Assembly (NCBI GenBank): GCA_046291435.1
Contig: JBKBTC010000001.1
Location: 1 to 33,749, forward strand
Reading direction: 5' to 3'
From: Caldimicrobium sp.
GTDB lineage: Bacteria > Desulfobacterota > Thermodesulfobacteria > Thermodesulfobacteriales > Thermodesulfobacteriaceae
DNA: 33,749 nucleotides
In this document: piece after piece, positions 29,450 through 33,749 of the stretch
How positions within the stretch are numbered: position 1 is the first letter of the stretch
Layout: each line of letters starts with the position of its first letter
Made by a program: the position numbers and the translations under genes
Notes under the pieces: model-generated
Told to the model about the DNA's origin: nothing
The model's input: the letters and a program-made list of their open reading frames with translations, nothing else
Databases searched by the model: none

Positions 29450-30261
29450 TCTCCCCTCTTAAATAAGAGAATAGATAAATATACACTCATAAAAAGGATC
29501 GCTGAAGCGGAGAAGGGAAGATCAAAAAATATGGAAAGAATAAATCCCATAAGAATTGCCAAGAGATTTAAGAGCCCAGTTAAAGGGACAACCCATTTAA
29601 AGGAGGAAGACAATTTTAAAGCTAAAGCCCCACTATAGACAAAAAAAGCTGAAACGAGGAGCACCCCCATTAGTTTTACACCAACAATGGTTTGAAGGGT
29701 AATAAGAAAGAAAAAGCTAAGCCCAGGGGCTTTAAAATCAATCCCAGGTATTTCTTTTTCTATGGTTTGAGTTAGCCAGAGGTCTTTGTTTTTTAAGAAA
29801 ACCAAAAGAGAAATAATTAAAACTACAAAACTCTCAAAGACATTAATTTTCTCTACTAATATTAATGACCCAAAGAGATAATTAAGTAGAGCTATGTCAT
29901 ATTGGGAACTTTTCGCAGCTATAATTAAAGCTAAAGCTAATGAAAGGTAAGTTAGAAGAGATGTAGCGGTATCTTCAAAGAGATGGGTTAATCTTATGAT
30001 AAGAAAAATCCCAGAACTGAGTATTAGAGTAATTATTAGTAAAACAAAGAAGTGTAAAAACATGGGTATGGAGGAACTTATTAGAGAGAGTATAAAAAGG
30101 GAAAGGAGAAGGATATGGGTTAGAGCATGGGGGAAGAGGGAGTTTCTTTGTAAAAGAAGATAGGGAGAGGTAAAAGCAGTAGATATTGCAAAAAAGAGTC
30201 CCCCTAATAATCCCCATTTAAACAATGTAAGATAAAAGGCAATATTTTCCATATTTACCAA
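29446..30261 (-). CDS. Metal (Zn/Mn) ABC transporter permease, ZnuB-like
   Basis: Highly hydrophobic; R.SLF..ALTH, YLFGS, KLMGVLLVSA motifs; follows the ATPase. The start may be the ATG at 30252. Confidence 0.82.
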   Translation of the reverse strand: MVNMENIAFYLTLFKWGLLGGLFFAISTAFTSPYLLLQRNSLFPHALTHILLLSLFILSLISSSIPMFLHFFVLLIITLILSSGIFLIIRLTHLFEDTATSLLTYLSLALALIIAAKSSQYDIALLNYLFGSLILVEKINVFESFVVLIISLLVFLKNKDLWLTQTIEKEIPGIDFKAPGLSFFFLITLQTIVGVKLMGVLLVSAFFVYSGALALKLSSSFKWVVPLTGLLNLLAILMGFILSIFFDLPFSASAILFMSVYLSILLFKRGE

Positions 30262-30974
30262 TGGGTATGTTCAATGCGATGATAAGAAAATCCAGGCATC
30301 CCCTCTTTTTCAAATATACAAAAATCCTTGTGGTCCCCATGAAAATAAAGTCTTTGGTTCAAACAAGCAACCTTGTTTACTTCTTTGCTAATTAACCAAG
30401 TCTCATGGGTAATCAGTATGATAGTTAAACCTTCTTTATGAAGCTGAGATAAAATTTTATAAAAAGTTTCTTGAGAGAGAAAGTCTAATCCTACTGAAGG
30501 TTCATCAAGGAAAAGCACTTCTGGCTCTAAAAGTAAAGCCCTAACTAAATAAGCTCTTTGTATTTGACCAAAGGAGAGTTGAAAAAATTTTTTTTTAAGA
30601 TGTAAGGTAAGACCAAAAAGTTCTACAAGGTTCTTTAAGTGCCTCTCCTTTGGCTTCTTTTGATACCACTTGGCAGGGAGTAAAAGAAACTCTTCTACTG
30701 TAATGGGATTAAAAGGGTTCATCTCTTTACCAGCTCTTTGAGGAAGATAGCCAATTTTATGCCAAGCTCTAAATTTTGAAATTTCATCCCCAAAAAGAAA
30801 AATTTTCCCTTTTTGAGGCTTAATGAAACCAAGAATACATCTTATTAAAGTACTTTTTCCTCCGCCATTAGGTCCAATAATTGCTAAAAAGTCTCCCTTT
30901 TCTATACTAAGATCTATATCTTCAAGTATGGTCTTTCCATTTATATGTAAGGTTAAATCTTCAACTCTAATCAT
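30255..30974 (-). CDS. Metal (Zn/Mn) ABC transporter ATP-binding protein, ZnuC-like
   Basis: GPNGGGKST, IGYLPQ, signature LSFGQ, LFLDEP, ITH, VACLN, His/Cys-rich tail. Confidence 0.88.
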   Translation of the reverse strand: MIRVEDLTLHINGKTILEDIDLSIEKGDFLAIIGPNGGGKSTLIRCILGFIKPQKGKIFLFGDEISKFRAWHKIGYLPQRAGKEMNPFNPITVEEFLLLPAKWYQKKPKERHLKNLVELFGLTLHLKKKFFQLSFGQIQRAYLVRALLLEPEVLFLDEPSVGLDFLSQETFYKILSQLHKEGLTIILITHETWLISKEVNKVACLNQRLYFHGDHKDFCIFEKEGMPGFSYHRIEHTHW

Positions 30975-30980
30975 ATGTGT

Positions 30981-31787
30981 TTATTTAAGGGTTGCCTCTT
31001 TTTTTATCTTTTCCCACAAAATATCCATCTCTGTAAGTGTTAGCTCTTCTAAGGATTTCCCCTGGGCTTTTATGATACTTTCCATTTTTTTAAATCTACT
31101 TTCAAACTTATCTAAAGCAATTTTTAAAGCCTCTTCAGGATTAATTTCTAATTTTCTTGCCAAATTTGCCAGTGCAAAAAAAAGATCCCCCAATTCTTCT
31201 GTAAGGTTTGCTTTGTCTTTTTTTTCTATAGTCTCCTCAATTTCCCTTAGCTCTTCATAAATCTTTGGTAGGACTTCACGGGCGCTTTCCCAATCAAAGC
31301 CAACTCTGCTTGCCCTTTCTCCAAGTCTAAAGGCTCTTTGAAGCGCAGGCAAGCTCTTAGGAATGTTACCTAAAAGTGAACTATCTTTACCTTCTTTTTC
31401 CTTTATTTTTTGCCAATTTTTCAAAACTTCTTCTGCACTTTGAGCTTGTTCTCCACCAAAAACATGAGGATGCCTTTTTACCATTTTATGAAAGGTAAGC
31501 AAAACTAAATCTCTGAGGTTAAAGATTTGTCTTTCCTCATATAAATAAATAATAAACAGCAAGATAAAAAGGAGATCCCCTAATTCTTCTTGAATTTCCT
31601 TAAAATCTCCTTTATCTATAGCCTCTATAGCTTCATATGTCTCTTCAAGGAGATATTTTTTTAGAGACTTAGGCGTTTGTTTCCTATCCCAAGGACAACC
31701 TTTCTCTCCCCGTAAAGTTTTAATTATCTCATAAAGGGAACTTAAGTCTGCCGTAGTTTTAAAGGAAAAATCTATCTTGTTAGACAT
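30981..31787 (-). CDS. mazG: Nucleoside triphosphate pyrophosphohydrolase (tandem domain)
   Basis: LR…[19 protein letters not shown] twice, [11 protein letters not shown]. Confidence 0.94.
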   Translation of the reverse strand: MSNKIDFSFKTTADLSSLYEIIKTLRGEKGCPWDRKQTPKSLKKYLLEETYEAIEAIDKGDFKEIQEELGDLLFILLFIIYLYEERQIFNLRDLVLLTFHKMVKRHPHVFGGEQAQSAEEVLKNWQKIKEKEGKDSSLLGNIPKSLPALQRAFRLGERASRVGFDWESAREVLPKIYEELREIEETIEKKDKANLTEELGDLFFALANLARKLEINPEEALKIALDKFESRFKKMESIIKAQGKSLEELTLTEMDILWEKIKKEATLK

Positions 31788-32283
31788 TACATTTTGCCTG
31801 ATATTTTTTCATTATATGAGGAATTAATCCACCATCTTTAAGAATTTTTTTCATAAATTCTGGCAAGGGGTTAATTTTATATGATTTTCCTTTGGTAATA
31901 TTATTTATGATACCTTTTTCTATATCTACTTCCAACTCATCACCTGTTTCAGCATCTTTAGCAGCCTCTTGGCATTCAAGGATGAGCAAGCCTGTATTAA
32001 AGGCATTGCGATAAAAGATACGAGCAAAGGATTCTGCAATTACACAAGAAACTCCAGCTGCTTTAATAGAGATAGGAGCGTGTTCTCTTGAAGAGCCACA
32101 CCCAAAATTTTTCCCAGCAACGATTATATCCCCTTTTTTTACATTTTTGGCAAAAGAAGGGTCCGCATCTTCCATGCAGTGTTTTGCTAATTCTTCGGGG
32201 TCAGTGGTATTTAAATAGCGTGCTGGAATAATTAAATCTGTATCTATATTATCTCCAAATTTCCAAACTTTACCTTTTATCAT
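31780..32283 (-). CDS. leuD: 3-isopropylmalate dehydratase small subunit (LeuD/HacB type)
   Basis: [35 protein letters not shown]. Confidence 0.92.
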   Translation of the reverse strand: MIKGKVWKFGDNIDTDLIIPARYLNTTDPEELAKHCMEDADPSFAKNVKKGDIIVAGKNFGCGSSREHAPISIKAAGVSCVIAESFARIFYRNAFNTGLLILECQEAAKDAETGDELEVDIEKGIINNITKGKSYKINPLPEFMKKILKDGGLIPHIMKKYQAKCNV

Positions 32284-32306
32284 AAATAGCCTCCTTTGAA
32301 GTAAAT

Positions 32307-33587
32307 TTATGAGAGTTCTTCTGGTGTACCAATATAACCTAAAACTGCTGAAGCTGCAGCCACCGCTGGACCTGCTAAATATACTTCACTTTCAGGATGT
32401 CCCATTCTGCCAACAAAATTACGATTGGTAGTAGCCAATGCCTTTTCGCCCTTGGCTAAAATTCCCATATGTCCACCTAAGCAGGGACCACAAGTGGGTG
32501 GAGAAATAATAGCTCCAGCCTCCAAAAAAACCTCTAATAGCCCCTTCTGTAAAGCTTTTCTGTAAACCATAGGAGTTGCAGGTATAATTATACATCTTAC
32601 ATTTGAATTTATTTTTTTTTCTTTAAGAATTTTTGCTGCTATCTCTAAATCTTCATATCTTCCATTAGTGCAGGATCCAATAACTACTTGATCAATGTAA
32701 ATTTTTTGAGGCAAATCCTTTACGAATTTGACATTAGAGGGGAGATGGGGTAAGGCTACCACTAAATCAATCTTTGAGACATCATATTCTCTTACTTCAA
32801 CATATTTAGCCTTTTTATCTGCTTTTAAAAGTAAAGGTTTTTTGTTTAAGACATTTTTATCTTTCAAGAAAGTTAAGGTTTTTTTGTCTGCTTCTATCAA
32901 TCCAACTTTACCTCCGGCTTCTATGGCCATATTGGTTATGGTCATTCTTTCAGCCATTGAAAGATTTTTAATTACCTCACCTGTAAATTCCATAGCTTTA
33001 TACAAGGCACCATCAACTCCAATATCACCTATGGTGTAAAGAATCAAGTCTTTACCGGTTACCCACGGTTTTAACTTTCCATAGTAAACAAATTTAATAC
33101 TCTCAGGAACCTTAAACCATGTCTTCCCTGTAATCCAAGCACCTGCTAAATCTGTGGATCCTACACCTGTAGCAAAAGCTCCAAAAGCACCATAAGTGCA
33201 AGTGTGGCTATCTGCTCCAATGATTATATCTCCTGGATAAATTAATCCCAATTCAGGCAAGAGGGCATGTTCTATTCCACAAGCTCCTCCTTCGTAGTAG
33301 TGTTTTATTCCATATTTTTTGGCAAAATTTCTGCAAAGGCGAACTTGCTCAGCACTTTTTATGTCTTTATTAGGTGTGAAATGGTCCATTACTAAGACAA
33401 CTTTATCTGGGTCAAAAAGTTTATTGATACAAGTAGATTCAAAAACTTTGATGGCTAAAGGAGCAGTGATATCATTTGCTAAGGTTAAATCTACTGGAAC
33501 CTCTACTAATTCGCCTGGCTCTACTTTGGGTACACCTAATTTTTCCGCTAAAATTTTTTCAGCTAAGGTCATAGGAGCTTTTTTCAT
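32307..33587 (-). CDS. leuC: 3-isopropylmalate dehydratase large subunit (LeuC/HacA type)
   Basis: [39 protein letters not shown]. Confidence 0.93.
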   Translation of the reverse strand: MKKAPMTLAEKILAEKLGVPKVEPGELVEVPVDLTLANDITAPLAIKVFESTCINKLFDPDKVVLVMDHFTPNKDIKSAEQVRLCRNFAKKYGIKHYYEGGACGIEHALLPELGLIYPGDIIIGADSHTCTYGAFGAFATGVGSTDLAGAWITGKTWFKVPESIKFVYYGKLKPWVTGKDLILYTIGDIGVDGALYKAMEFTGEVIKNLSMAERMTITNMAIEAGGKVGLIEADKKTLTFLKDKNVLNKKPLLLKADKKAKYVEVREYDVSKIDLVVALPHLPSNVKFVKDLPQKIYIDQVVIGSCTNGRYEDLEIAAKILKEKKINSNVRCIIIPATPMVYRKALQKGLLEVFLEAGAIISPPTCGPCLGGHMGILAKGEKALATTNRNFVGRMGHPESEVYLAGPAVAAASAVLGYIGTPEELS

Positions 33588-33619
33588 AATATACCCCTCT
33601 AAAAGTTTTTTGAATGCTT

Positions 33620-33647
33620 ATAATAATTTTTTTTTAAAGTATTTCAA
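33620..33647 (-). promoter_or_regulatory. Candidate sigma70 promoter of the leuC operon
   Basis: TTGAAA-16 nt-TATTAT; SD GAGGGG before the ATG. Confidence 0.55.
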
Positions 33648-33718
33648 GAGATTAAGTTTCTTTGTGTGGTTTCTATTTTAAAATGTCGCATTTGGGTTGG
33701 CACAGGCTTTAGCCGGCA
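33640..33718 (+). repeat. Decayed REP-like palindrome plus AT-rich arm, copy 4
   Basis: Arm GTTTCTATTTTAAAATGTCGC at 33669-33689, then GGTTGG-CACAGGC-TTTA-GCCGGCA at 33695-33718 (consensus GGTAGC-CGCAGGC-TTTA-GCCTGCG). Confidence 0.65.
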
Positions 33719-33749
33719 ATTTAATGAAATTCTTTTAAAATTTCCTCTA

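Noticed and set aside
30981-31787. mazG as part of a toxin-antitoxin or anti-phage module, or linked to rel
   Set aside because: It is the housekeeping tandem-domain type, overlaps leuD, has no mazEF or defence neighbours, and is about 17 kb from rel.
33697-33713. TTGGCAC…GC as a sigma54 promoter
   Set aside because: GG-to-GC spacing is 11 nt rather than 10, and the sequence is better explained as a decayed REP copy.

Overview
AT-rich, gene-dense bacterial chromosome segment that is mostly core genome. Gene content and protein style suggest a thermophilic Thermodesulfobacteriaceae/Desulfobacterota organism (inference only). In order it contains: a possible IS remnant at the left edge; an operon of hybrid histidine kinase, TonB-dependent receptor and exported protein; an RpoD-like sigma70; a minus-strand operon (BCAM0308-like, Usp, CaCA antiporter, folC, compact UvrD); rpmB; rel; four-subunit pyruvate:ferredoxin oxidoreductase (porCDAB); tRNA-Gly(GCC); an MBL hydrolase and mobB; and a long minus-strand run (leuC, leuD, mazG, metal ABC ATPase and permease, tatD, aspS, purA, an atypical acetyl-CoA-carboxylase-like cluster with its own biotin ligase, and a membrane polyferredoxin). 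The clearest signal not explained by the ORFs is a dispersed intergenic repeat family with four copies. Each has a GTAG-type REP hairpin, usually joined to a conserved AT-rich arm. One copy forms a ~170-bp symmetric element, and the arms end at or overlap neighbouring promoters. Other leads are the HK-TBDR-periplasmic protein triad (candidate trans-envelope signalling), the non-canonical carboxylase (alpha-beta fusion, carrier with two non-AMKM lysine sites) and a clamp-motif-bearing minimal UvrD. All calls are by-eye motif recognition; no database search was run.
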